From: Catajapyx aquilonaris
Lineage: Eukaryota
Assembly: GCA_000934665.2 (NCBI GenBank)
Contig: JYFJ02004014.1
Location: forward strand, 1 to 35,579
Reading direction: 5' to 3'
Length of the DNA stretch: 35,579 nt
The stretch's first letter is position 1. Every line of letters starts with the position of its first letter. The notes under the pieces are model-generated. The model was not told where the DNA came from. It did not search any database and worked only from the letters and a program-made list of their open reading frames with translations. Made by a program: the position numbers and the translations under genes. Below are positions 1 to 11,247 of this stretch, one piece after another.

Positions 1-385
1 ATTTTTGGATATTGTAACCCGGTGGCAAGGAATCCAACGGCGGAAGTCCGACGTCTCTGCGACGCCGGGAAGTGCGAAATCTTTTTCATCCTATATCTTC
101 CTCCTCGGCGTGGGGCTTTATATATATTAGATGAGGAAGTCCGGGAGAGGTTGGAGGTGTCGCAGATATGGACCACAGATGGCAGGCAAATGACGGTTGG
201 CGTTATACAGACGGGAGAGGTTGAAGGTGTTATAGGTCCACAGATGGCATTGGTTGGCGGACAGACTGACAGATTCACATCCGTCTTTATTTATATAGAA
301 AATACGATTCGCAAGTCATCTGTGAGAAACCCATATTTCGTAACGCTACCGGAAGGAACGGGACCAGTACTGAAATGCCTAGTCG
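1..385 (-). mobile_element. Helitron-like non-autonomous repeat fragment(s) interrupting GPCR copy 1
   Basis: 133-299 read on the minus strand matches 17541-17670 (TCTATATAAAT start, GTCT-rich tract, AACGCCAACCGTCATTTGCCTGCCATCTGTGG). A second A^TCTAATATATATAAA start lies at 131 on the minus strand. GPCR homology stops abruptly at about 386. Confidence 0.5.
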
Positions 386-487
386 GTGGGTCAGACACAC
401 CAGAGATGTCTCCTGGTCGTCTCTTGTACAGAAGAGAGACACGTTCATGCTGCGTGTGGAGGTGTTGACCTGCACTGAGCCTGTCAT
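386..487 (-). pseudogene. GPCR copy 1, 5' part of exon 1 only (interrupted by repeat; any remainder lies outside the window)
   Basis: Encodes MTGSVQVNTSTRSMNVSLFCTRDDQETSLVCLTH, the family N-terminal motif, then runs into unrelated sequence. Confidence 0.8.
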
Positions 488-1994
488 CGAAAGACTGAAG
501 GGTCTATCTGTAAATCTGTGAGTTACGTATCAACGGGATGTGTCCGACATCATGTCAAAAAAGAATGGGACGCGCCCACACTATACGATCAGCTATTGAT
601 GTCTGTATGCAACAAGTGCATTTATTATTGCATATGCATTTCGTATGTATCACAGTTGCTATTATTTTTCGGTCACATAATTGCGACGTTATGTACGCGT
701 ATTACGTTAGGGACTGATATTGTGACACCATTGTTGTTCTGCGTCTGTCTCACAATAATTATGTTTGCACTTCCTATTAGTCCAGTCAACATCCCATTGC
801 ATATCCTGCGGCTTCAAATTCTTTATTATGTGGTGTCTTCTTAATATTTTTGAATGATGGACCTGTACGTGGAAATTTGTGGAAAAATCATCAGACATTT
901 TGGTACAGTTCCATGAACGAAAATTAAGGAGCAAAATATGTGCATGTAATGTGAAGATTGGGACTAACTGCTTTGTTACAACGACGTGTTGTACACTTCT
1001 CTCTATAACGTTTTTGTCTTCCAAGACTACAGGGTGTTCCAAATTATTTTAAAATGTGACCAGAAGTGCCATTCTCTTCTCTCTTTCCTTCAGCTCCATT
1101 TTCATTACCGCTTACTTATATAATTTCAATATATCCGTTACGGCATCCTGTTGGGCAGGTACACTAACCCATATGATAAACAGGGGAATCAACACGTGCT
1201 CTATTTCCGTACATTAGCCTCACAATCAGCTATTACTACCCTGACACTGCAAGGAACAATTCCATCAGTGCCCTCAATTCAATGATAGTAATACTGATTT
1301 ATTCCAATACACATACAGGATTCTCCTATCAATTGTTCACTTTTTACCTAACTTTGTACGCAACCAGTCACGTGTGTCCTGGTAGAGTAAATTACATGCC
1401 TCCCTGCAGCTCGGGATCCTGCAATGACAATAGAACCATTGGTTGTAAACCATCATGTGGTTTTAAAATACATTCAACTTATTACCTGTAGAAATAAAGA
1501 AACACATTGATGACGTAGTAGTAGAGCAGTAAAAAAGACAAATAAATGTAAGGCTTTGTCCATGGGCCTTCCTTGCAAAAGACGTACAAGATGACGAGGG
1601 GTCCTGATGTGCTGGAGTAAACTGCGCCCAAAAGAGTGAGAAGGATGGCCATTTTCTTCTCTCTTTCCTTCAGGTCCTGCAGGGTGCCCTTGCCAATATC
1701 TCTGCAAAGAGAGGCCATCAATAATAATAATAATAATAATAATAATTTATTATCGTCTGGGGTTTTTCCCCTATTGACGGAGAGTACTTGCCTTCCTTTG
1801 CAATACTCAAGACTTACAATACAATATTGAATATACATCAAAACAATTTCGAAAACAAAACGAACCAAATTGTAATTGTGTGCCTAATGTACAATGCAGT
1901 TTGAGCAGTGAGAGAGAAAAAGAAAGGAAAAGAAACAACAGGCAAAAAAACAGGGTTGCTGTTGGGAGGTGGGAATTACATATGTTTGGCTCTG

Positions 1995-4900
1995 TTACAA
2001 AACAATATCGGCAAATTGAAGAAGATACGTGATTTTCAAAAAAAAAGAATACAATTTATGAATTTGAAGGGTCGGGATATCTACGAATAAAAAGAATAAT
2101 TTATCAAGGGGGAGGGAGGGCCATGTCAACATGTGGTTTATTCTCAATGTGTCAAAAAATGGGCAAGTATATAGCAGATGATGGAGAATAAATGGTTCTT
2201 TTAAATTACATAGTGAGCAGTCTATCTCTTCGTTAAATTGGATTTTGTAGGAATTTACATAAAACCAAGATGAATTATTTCGGAGGTTAGCCAAAAGTCT
2301 GAGTGCATGTATTGGAAGATTAGAGTTGAGGTATGATTCCAGATATGGGGACTCTTTGATTAAAAAATAATGTGCATATCTCTTAGACTTCTTTAAATTT
2401 GAAAAATCTTTCTGTATTGAACTGTCCGCATATGTAGTGAGCATACCCAGTATCGAATTAACGTTCTCATCCGCCAACCAACTGTTGGCGGACACTCCCA
2501 TCTTCTCGAATTCTCTCGACACAAACCCAATCCAACTTTTGGAATTTCCACATAGTGATTTATTTACTTCGTAGTCGAAACATCTTTTTGTCAGTGAGTC
2601 CGGTTGCAGCTTCTTTACTTTCAATAACCATTTAATTAGATTTTTCATTATCCGAAGTGCTAATGGTCTACGCCCAGTCTCAAGTCTGACAAAATATCCA
2701 GCTGTACAGCTGGGGAGTACTAAGAATTTTTTAATGAAATACATTTGCACTTGTTCAAGTGTATCCAAATAATCCAGACCCCATATAAAGGAATTGTATA
2801 GGGCGATGGGGGCGATACGCGCATCGAATAATTTAAATGCAATTACAAGGTTTCTTACTTTCAACTTCGTGAGGGTAGGCCAAAGTGCTGCAATTGCCAT
2901 TTTACTTTTATCCACTCTAGACGCTGCTGCCTTCTTAAATTTTCCAGAACTCGAAAATAATATGCCTAAATAATTGTAATGGGCTGTTATCTCCAATAAT
3001 TCACAATTCATACGGAAATGTGTTCCTTTTGCTAACGGTCCCCCTTTGCGAAATATCACTACTTTCGTCTTATTGACATTTATAATCAGTTTTAACTCGG
3101 CCAAATAGGAACTTATAAGTAATATTTTTTTCTTTAAATATAACTCGTTCGGAGCTAGTAGAACTATATCATCTGCAAATTGCAAAAAGTGAATATCTTC
3201 TGAATTCGGTCCCAAATTAACACCCGGAATGCCACTACTTAGTAGTTTATCCTTCAGGTCCGCTAAAAAAAGATTGAATAATATTGGGGACAGTGAATCA
3301 CCTTGTAAAACACCTTTCGTTATTCGAACCGGAAGTATGTCCTCTTCACTTGTGATCGTGGCTGTTGCATAAATACGTTGTATCAAAGAAAGAAATCGAC
3401 CACCGATTCCCAAGTTACCGAGTTTTTTCCAAAGTAATTGATGGTTTACAGAGTCGAAAGCTTTCGAAAGGTCCAAAAATAATGCATACACTTTACCGCC
3501 CTTCTTCGATGTGTATTTATGAATTAATACGTCTAGTGCAAAAATGTGATCTGTACAGCTACGGCCCTGCCGAAAACCTGCTTGTTCATCAGGGAGAACA
3601 TGGCCGCTTTCTATCCATTTTGTTAGTCTTGTCGCCAGAATTGCTGTTAAAAGTTTAAGTATGTTATTTAATAATGAAATTGGTCTGTAATTGGCCGGGT
3701 CCTCTTTATCTCCGCCTTTAAATATCGGCACCACTTTAATCATGGTCCAGCTCGGGGGAATCGGAGCTCCATCTAGCACTAGATTAAACATTGTCAGCAA
3801 TTTATTACGAAGTTCCGAGGCATCTAATACCAAAATTGCATTAGAAATGTTATCAGGTCCCGGAGATGTCTTTGTCTTGCGGGATCTCATAACCATTTGG
3901 ATTTCTCTCATCTGTATTATTTCATCCAATGCACTTCGGTATGTATGACTCACTTCTAAAACACCCCCGGCCCCTCCACAATTTTCGGAATATAATGTTC
4001 TCAAATACGTTAACCAAACATTAGGGGACGGGGCGTTATGTGGTTTCGTTGATGCATTTTTTTTGACAAGTTCCCAAAAAGCTGACGAGTTCTTACAGTT
4101 TAATAGTTTTTGCACCGTATTTGAGTAATAGTACCGTTTTTTGGCCATTATTAATTTTTTATGTATTCTGGAGTTTGTTAAATAGTTAACCCTGTTCACT
4201 TGGTTAGGGACCTTCCTCCATTGTTTTAAGGCTAATTGGATTTGAGACTGGGAGCTTTTGACCTGGTCATCAAACCAAGGATTTGGTTTTTTTTTCCCAC
4301 AGTATGGTCTTCGTATTTTTAAGATCCCTTCTTCAACCAATACTCTTTGAAGCCTTGAGCTGAATTCCAGAGCCAATCCCTCCAACGATATTACTTCCAT
4401 TGGTATATTTGACAGACAATTGTTAATAGGATCAACTAAAAAATCTAGCCCGCCTTCCGGGATGGCTATTTTGAGTTGAGTGGTGGATTCCAGTCTACGT
4501 TGTGTTGGGTTTATGTTTTCGAACTTACAAACCAGAACAATTGGCAAATGATCCGAGCCCACTACACTTATCACTTCAAACGAGTGAATCATTGGAACCA
4601 TAGATTGAGTAACCAGCCCGTAATCAATTGTGCTTTGACCTCTGGATGACAAATACGTGAATCTACCTGGATAATCAGTTGCCACTGCCCCATTCAGAAT
4701 GAACAGGGCGTGGTCACTGAGTAGTTTCCTTAACTGTCTTCCACGACTATTAATCACTGAATCCAATGTAGCACGTTGGTCAAAAACTGAGACTTGTCGT
4801 GCTCCTTCATTTAACCAAACATTATCAGTTTGTCCCAATCTGGCGTTAAAGTCTCCCATTAAGACCAAATGTGTGTCCACTGGGAGCTGCCTTACAATTT

Positions 4901-5366
4901 CAGAGACCCTATCAATTTCCTCATTGAAATAACTGTTTGGTGGTAAATAAATTAAACCAATGGTCACTTTCCCCAAAGTTTTCTCCAAAAAATCAGTTGT
5001 AATGAATATACTACAAGGGTTGGAGGAATACAATTTACATTTTAATACCTTACTCACTCGGAGCCATAGTCCACTAGCCGCCCGTCCAAAATGAGCCTGT
5101 TTACGTGCAGTCACTTGAAAGTCATCATATTCTTGGTCCAATGGCACATTGCTCTTCATGCACCAGGTCTCCAAAAGTCCAACACATCCTAATTTCCCTT
5201 GCGGCCATGTAGCCTGGAGAGCTTCCAATATTGGTAGCCCTGCGACGTTCCATGCTATGAAACTGCACTCCAACATTTCCGTCGGGGGCGTAAAACTAAC
5301 ACTAGCCCCATATCTAACACTTTCACTGGCACTATTGACATTTTCACTCATCACTTCCTCCACCAT
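1995..5366 (-). CDS. LINE ORF2: AP endonuclease-reverse transcriptase, 1123 aa, uninterrupted
   Basis: Endonuclease motifs WNVAG, LLETW, GDFNAR, TIDY, SDH. RT motifs PGPD, YRPISL, QAGFR, DLSKAFD, QGDSLSP, FADD, YLG. C-terminal CSLC...HLLYTC. Confidence 0.96.
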   Translation of the reverse strand: MVEEVMSENVNSASESVRYGASVSFTPPTEMLECSFIAWNVAGLPILEALQATWPQGKLGCVGLLETWCMKSNVPLDQEYDDFQVTARKQAHFGRAASGLWLRVSKVLKCKLYSSNPCSIFITTDFLEKTLGKVTIGLIYLPPNSYFNEEIDRVSEIVRQLPVDTHLVLMGDFNARLGQTDNVWLNEGARQVSVFDQRATLDSVINSRGRQLRKLLSDHALFILNGAVATDYPGRFTYLSSRGQSTIDYGLVTQSMVPMIHSFEVISVVGSDHLPIVLVCKFENINPTQRRLESTTQLKIAIPEGGLDFLVDPINNCLSNIPMEVISLEGLALEFSSRLQRVLVEEGILKIRRPYCGKKKPNPWFDDQVKSSQSQIQLALKQWRKVPNQVNRVNYLTNSRIHKKLIMAKKRYYYSNTVQKLLNCKNSSAFWELVKKNASTKPHNAPSPNVWLTYLRTLYSENCGGAGGVLEVSHTYRSALDEIIQMREIQMVMRSRKTKTSPGPDNISNAILVLDASELRNKLLTMFNLVLDGAPIPPSWTMIKVVPIFKGGDKEDPANYRPISLLNNILKLLTAILATRLTKWIESGHVLPDEQAGFRQGRSCTDHIFALDVLIHKYTSKKGGKVYALFLDLSKAFDSVNHQLLWKKLGNLGIGGRFLSLIQRIYATATITSEEDILPVRITKGVLQGDSLSPILFNLFLADLKDKLLSSGIPGVNLGPNSEDIHFLQFADDIVLLAPNELYLKKKILLISSYLAELKLIINVNKTKVVIFRKGGPLAKGTHFRMNCELLEITAHYNYLGILFSSSGKFKKAAASRVDKSKMAIAALWPTLTKLKVRNLVIAFKLFDARIAPIALYNSFIWGLDYLDTLEQVQMYFIKKFLVLPSCTAGYFVRLETGRRPLALRIMKNLIKWLLKVKKLQPDSLTKRCFDYEVNKSLCGNSKSWIGFVSREFEKMGVSANSWLADENVNSILGMLTTYADSSIQKDFSNLKKSKRYAHYFLIKESPYLESYLNSNLPIHALRLLANLRNNSSWFYVNSYKIQFNEEIDCSLCNLKEPFILHHLLYTCPFFDTLRINHMLTWPSLPLDKLFFLFVDIPTLQIHKLYSFFLKITYLLQFADIVL

Positions 5367-5411
5367 ACTAGTTGCTTCTGTTGCAACAATGAACCCATCT
5401 CCCGCGTTATC

Positions 5412-6284
5412 TTATTCAACCAGATCCTGCACTGTTTCATTCGCTGGCTTCTTCTTCGTCATGTGCGGTGTGTCCATAATGGGCGACGCTGATGGTGGCC
5501 TCTTGTCGTTGCGATTTGCATTGGACTGGTGTGATGTCGTGCTACCATTCTGATCTTGCCTGGCAGCTTGTGCGTACGATGGGCGGGGTGCGCCCCCTGG
5601 TACCGGGACCCCGTCTTCGTTGATGACTTGCCTTGTTCCATTGATCCACAGCTTGTCGTGACTAATCCAAGCGTTGTCGCCTTTTTCTTTCGCTGCTTTC
5701 AGGTGAGGAAGAAGACTCTTACGTATCTTCCTCGTTTCCCAGCTGAAGTCATCGCGTATTGCGATTGATGTTCCGGCAAGATTCTTGGCACTTCTACGGA
5801 TAAACTACTTATCCTTGTAGTAGGTGAATGCCGAAATTAATGGTCTGGGCTGGGCTCCGATCTGGTTCCGTCTCCCCCCTACCCTGTGCGCTCTATCAAT
5901 CGGTGGTTGAGCACGACCTTGGGGAAGTAGCTGGAAGTCCCTGATGCACTTGATCACCTTTCTTTCTGCCTCGGCCCAATTTTCTTCACGTTCTTCCGGG
6001 ATTCCGTAGAACACCAAATTGGAACGGCGTAGTCGGTCCTCCAGCTCTCTGTTCTGGTTCTGTATTGCCGCCAGCTGGTTTTTCAGGGCTTCTACTTCAG
6101 TCCCATTCGACTTTGTCCGTTCTTCTAGGACTGCCATCTGCGTTGCTATACCATCAACCTTCCTGGATAGGGGGGCCACAACGTCTTGAACCAAACTGGC
6201 CCTCAACTCTGCGATGAGAGACTTCTTGAGTTCTTCCAGGATTGGTGTGAGGGCCTCTACCGACAATGGGGTAGTGGAACTCAT
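5412..6284 (-). CDS. LINE ORF1 (coiled coil + L1-ORF1-like RRM/CTD) with an internal in-frame TAG at 5805-5807
   Basis: Heptad-rich N-terminus, then LEDRLRRSNLVFYGIPE and IDRAHRVG...PRPLI. After the TAG the same frame continues FIRRSAKNLAGTSIAIRDDFSWETRKIRKSL...HDKLWING to a TAA at 5412-5414. Confidence 0.85.
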
Positions 6285-7086
6285 TTTATCGTCTTATCTT
6301 CGTTATGCTGACCCAGCTGAGCTGAGAGCCAAAAGGCACGTCCTTCCTATTCAAGAGTTGGCAAGCCTCTCGTCAAGTAGGCCATCAATAACATCACCAG
6401 TTAGTTGCAAACATCGTACCTGAAGCGCTTCAGTGGAGACCAACTCTGGCGCATCATGATCCAGATGAGTAAAAGACAGACCAACACTGTGATCCACGGA
6501 AGACAAACGTCTACTCCGTGGAGTACATTGTACTCATGATGATTCGCGTCAATCGACAACGAGCAGAAACCTTTACGTCTGCTGTAGCCATACCGGTTCT
6601 GAAACTGTTTTTAAAGGACATTATATTGTAATCAGTTTACAAGAAATGCTCACCGCCAAAAACGTTGGCGCCACTGCTGCCAACACCCATATGGCCACCA
6701 CCGCAGGGATGCCACCATACGACCCAAACAAGAAGTCGTAGCAAGAAGACTACCAGAGCTTCAATGTCCTTCAGGAGAGAAAGAATCAGTCTTCTGCACC
6801 AATAGGCACCATTATACTCCACCTGCTGAGTGTGGCTGCTGCCAGGGAAGTGGTTGAGGCCAACGACAGATAGGGCATGAGACCGCTGAAGATGTAGCAG
6901 TACATGGTACCTAGGACCCACTTTCGGTACAGATAAGACACTGGTAGGCCAGATAATATAATGAAGCAGTAAAGAGTGTCCGCAAGGCTCAGGCTGAGCA
7001 GGAGCAAGGTGGTTGGGCTAGTGGCAACAACACCCTGACAACGAACACGTTGTAACATGCTTCGGGGAAGAGCAACGGTCGAGTGA

Positions 7087-7157
7087 GCGCCGCTGGTGTA
7101 GGGGTATCATGCAAGATTCCCATTCTTGCGACCCGGGTTCGATTCCCGGGCGGCGCA
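7087..7157 (+). tRNA. tRNA-Gly (anticodon CCC)
   Basis: GCGCCGC/GCGGCGC acceptor stem, GCAAG-ATTCCCATT-CTTGC anticodon arm, GGTTCGATTCC T arm, discriminator A, and a TTTTT Pol III terminator just downstream. Confidence 0.92.
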
Positions 7158-7350
7158 TCTGTTTTTATTTTCACTTTTTCTTCATTTTACTGGATTCAAC
7201 AGTACTGAGACCATGAAACGACACCGTTTCTGTCTTGCGTTATACGGTACTATATTATTGTAAAATATTACGATATGAATTATGACACATGTTTACACTT
7301 CTTACACACAATGTCTCAATCCTGGCATCAAGCACTGAGACACTCCCGTG

Positions 7351-8769
7351 TTACCCCAACATCATGGCCACTTTTGCATATCTTCTTGTGCAGCCACTTA
7401 CGCGTGTGTCTCTGTAGAGTAACACGAAGGCATCCCGGTAGCTCTGTATCCTGCAATAATTACAGGTAAAGCCTGTGAAAATGTACGTGCATAATATTTC
7501 TGTGAGAATGTTAACTACCTGTATATGTAAAGAACCACGTTGATGACATAGTAATAGAGAGGGAAGAATGTGTAATAGATGTAAGGCCTGGTCCAGGGTC
7601 CTCCTTTGAAGAAGACGTACATGATGACCAGTGGTCCTGCTGTACCGGTGTAAACCAATCCAAGGAGAGTGAGAATTATGGCCATTCTCTTCTCTCTTTC
7701 CTTCAGATCCTTCAGGAGGTTTGAACCCACATCTCTGCAAAGAGTGGAGTGTCACGTCCAATCCCACCATTGCATTGTCTGCATGTACCTGAATTGCTTC
7801 AGTCGAGACCAATTTTGATGCATCTTGATCCAGATCAGCAGGAGGCACACCAAGACAGTGACCCAGGGAAGACACACATCTATTCCATATATTAGGACGC
7901 CATCTTCAGGATGATGTCCGTCACTGAGCATTGTGCATAACCCACTTGTTCTGCTGTATCCGAATCGGTGCTGTAACTGTTTGTATAATTGAATAATGTC
8001 TTAGTCTAACAGTCACTCTCTCATATCGTCTCCAATAGTGAAACTCATTGTGACTAATTTTTACAATCTTGATGATTTTAAGCTCTGAACAATTGGAGTA
8101 ATTTACATATAGCCTACTCGTACACACACCGCCACAACTGTTGGCACCACTGCTGCCAACATCCATATTCCTACGACAGCAGGTATGCAACTGTACGACT
8201 CGAAGAGGAAATTGTTTCCAGGAGGCCACCATAAGGCCAGCACCCTGTAGTAATAAAATAATTACACTTACGTAGTACACTCGTACCAGTCGTACAGTAC
8301 GCACTGCAATATCGTACCTGCTGAGTGTAGCTGCTGCCAGAAAACTAGTTGACACCAACGCCAGGTAGAAGACGAGGAAGCCGGATATGTAGCAGTATCT
8401 GATGCCCATGACCCACTTCCTCTGCAGAAAGGTCACTGCGTAGCCAGACAAAGCCACAAAGCAGAAGAGACAGTCCGCCAAACTAAGACTCAGGAGAAGG
8501 ACAGTGGTTGGGCTCTTTAGAGGACTTCGAGTGTCCGTGGTCCTCCACCTGGCGTATGGAATGGCCACCAGTACCATCAGGTTCCCAAATCCTCCAACCA
8601 CACTCAGAAGGAGCCAGTATGTTCCTGCTATTACTGTGAAGTAGTAAGGATGGTCCGGGAAGCAGCATGATGGCACTTCCTGTTGGGTCAGACACACTAG
8701 AGATGTCTCGTGGTCGTCTCTTGCGCAGAAGGAAGACAAGTTCAGGTTGATTGGAGAAGAGGTGTTCAT
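7351..8769 (-). CDS. Class A GPCR copy 3 (exons 8769-8318, 8244-8130, 7976-7789, 7734-7519, 7450-7351)
   Basis: Spliced frame is open with seven hydrophobic segments. Relative to copy 6, a 2-bp insertion near 7400 changes only the C-terminal tail. Confidence 0.85.
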
Positions 8770-9030
8770 TCTCCTTCAGTTGCATTCAGACTACATCACC
8801 CTGAAACATCCAGGATATACTGTTTAGTTGACTCATCCGTTATTGGCCTGTCTATAGCATGCATCCTTGTCTGTTGTCAGAAACAATATTAGTTAGAGCC
8901 ATAAAAGCATTGTTTCACTGACGTGGCCTGTGTCCATTGCTACAGGGAACCTATCAGTATGCCGCCATTGCAGCCTATTTGAAATAATTGCCCTTATTAC
9001 TGCACATGTATTTCGTGTATGTCCAAGTTA

Positions 9031-9107
9031 TGACTTCTGGTGTAGTGGTATCAATCGTATCATGCATTCCCATTCTTGCGACCCGGGTTCGATTCCCTGG
9101 CGGCGCA
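9031..9107 (+). pseudogene. Degenerate tRNA-Gly(CCC)
   Basis: The 3' half is nearly identical to 7087-7157. The 5' acceptor strand is lost, there is an insertion after the D arm and a deletion in the anticodon stem, and no T-run terminator follows. Confidence 0.85.
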
Positions 9108-9226
9108 TACAAGATACAAGAGTAAGCAGGGATTTCAACGACACTAATAGTATGAAACGAGATGTAATAAACAATGCAATTTATTATTCTGGTCATTCCC
9201 TTGTTAGACACATCATGTTCGGAATC

Positions 9227-10760
9227 TCACTTCCAGGATGAAACAGCGACTTTCCTAAAAGCCATGCGCATCCATGTCCGCGCATCTTTGTAAACTATAG
9301 CAAGGGCATCCATGTAGCTCTGGATCCTGAAAGAAATAAGGATGGCCATTTTTGATAGGGTATTATTGCATTACAATATGTAGGGACGTCATGAGAGTGA
9401 TGTACAATATTTTCAACTATAATATTGTTGAGGTAGGAGTGGAGAAGACCTATGCAATGTATACATCTGTTACAGACAAAAAAAGCTTACCTGTAGATAT
9501 AAATGAACACGTTTATTGCAAAGCAGTAGAGAGTGATGAAAGCATAGTATATGTACGGAGGGCTCCAAGGTCCTTCAGAGGTAAACACGTAGATGAGGAA
9601 CACTGGAATTGCAGTGCTGGTGTAAGTAGCTCCCAACAATGTGAGAAGAATTGTCATCTTCTTCTCTCTTTCCTTCAGCTCCTGAAGGGTGCTTTGCCCC
9701 ATGTCTCTGCAAATATTGGCACAATTTTTAAAGACGGTTTTTGTCAACGTGTGGTCACATACTCACTTGAAACGTTTAAATTGTGACCAATTTTGACGTA
9801 TTTTGATCCAAATGAGCAGGAGGCAGACCTGAACTATGAGCCATGGAAGTATGTGTACTACAGCCATACCGTATGCTGTTTGCTGATCAACGTCAATCAG
9901 CATGTCACAGAAACCTTCTCGCCTGCTATATCCTATTTCGTAATGAACCTATTCGCATTGAATATAAACAATGTCTTATTAAGTTAATCATCGTATGAGA
10001 CACATGGCAAAAGTTACTCACACTGGCCGATACGGGCACTGCAGCAGACACTACCCAGACCACAACCACGACAGGGATGCTCGCATATGGCTCGAAGGTG
10101 ACAGCAGATGCTGCAGGCCACCACAATAACAATGTCCTGTGGACATGAAGACATGACGCTACTACCATGTAAGCAGTGCAACGGTCACTCTGACTTCACT
10201 ATAGATATCTAAAGATTGACATCACTATAGACATAATAGTCCGATCTACCAGCATGTCTTTCTTTATGCACCTCATTAGGTTACTGCCTTTACCTACTAA
10301 GTGTAGCTGCTGCTAATGAATAGGGTGAGGCCACTGCTAGGTAATGGGTGATGAAAGCGAATATGTAGCAGAACCTGACTCCAAGTATCCACTTCTGATA
10401 CAACAACGTCAATGCTCTGGCTGGAAAGAAGATGAAGCAGAAGATGCAGTCAGCCAGACTCAGGCTCAGGAGCAACACCGTGGTTGGGCTCTTCAGAGGA
10501 CTTTGAGTGTCCGTGGTCCTCCACCTGGCGTAAGGAATGGCCACCAGAACCAGCAAGTTGCCGAATCCTCCAACCACACTCAGAAGCAAATAATATGTTG
10601 CTGCGATGATGTTGAAGAGGTAAGGATGGTCTGGGTAACAACACGAGGGAGCGTCCTGATGGGTCAAGCAGACAAGAGATGTCTCCTGGGCATCTCTAGA
10701 GCAGAAGGATGACATGTTGAGCTCAGCGGTATAAGTGTTGGCCTGCTCTGATCCAGCCAT
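9227..10760 (-). CDS. Class A GPCR copy 4 (exons 10760-10294, 10136-10022, 9948-9767, 9706-9491, 9326-9227)
   Basis: Spliced frame is open and all introns are GT-AG. Same subfamily as copies 7 and 10. Confidence 0.9.
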
Positions 10761-11247
10761 TGCAATGGACTAGTTGGCGGAGTGATGGATTATCTATATT
10801 CTGTGGGATACACCACTAGGTGTGTATCGTGATGAGAAGGAATTGGTGAGTGATGTCAGAAGGACATTGCGCGTTTATTATAACAGAAAACAATGGGTCA
10901 GACACCATCACACTCGGACAGGAACTATGCCGCTTCTGACATATGCTGGTATTATATGTCACGCGTAATTCATGTGATGAAAACATATTTCGCAACGCTA
11001 TCGCAATATCGCGGGGCTAGGAAAAAATCGCGAAAATTTGAAAGAGCTGAAAATGAGGCCTTTGTTGGGATAATTTGTTTCGGTTAGTAGAATTGGTCAA
11101 AATCCAATAAACATACTAATTATATATGAAATGAAAGAGAATCACAAGTGGAATGCGTCTATGGAATTTGTTTTCCTCTAAAATGTAACCAGAAAAACGT
11201 GTGTGGCATTCGATAGGTCACATGTCCAAGAATTTGGGGACTTGGAA

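Larger units (their letters stand above)
1725..6378 (-). mobile_element. Full-length non-LTR retrotransposon (LINE; APE + RT + C-terminal CCHC; possibly RTEX-like)
   Basis: Target-site duplication AGGCCATCAATAA at 1712-1724 and 6379-6391. AATAAA (minus strand, 1746-1751) precedes a (TTA)n tail. ORF1 and ORF2 are both present. The clade is tentative. Confidence 0.95.
1337..7019 (-). pseudogene. GPCR copy 2 pseudogene (exons ~7019-6823, 6768-6654, 6604-6420, 1701-1486, 1418-1337)
   Basis: Exon 1 lacks the N-terminus and TM1 (homology starts at SPTTLLLL). Exon 2 has a TAG at 6750-6752 where paralogues have Trp. A 4.65 kb LINE sits in intron 3. The GT-AG sites are otherwise conserved. Confidence 0.88.

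Noticed and set aside
3365..5768. Plus-strand ORFs within the LINE and opposite GPCR exons
   Set aside because: Antisense shadows of real coding sequence with no recognisable domains.
6285..6378. HDV-like ribozyme in the LINE 5' UTR
   Set aside because: The nested double pseudoknot could not be built from this 94-nt leader by eye.
6989..7174. Repeated small ORFs containing APPGNRTRVARMG (also 8975-9211 and 13049-13333)
   Set aside because: They are antisense translations of the tRNA-Gly sequences.
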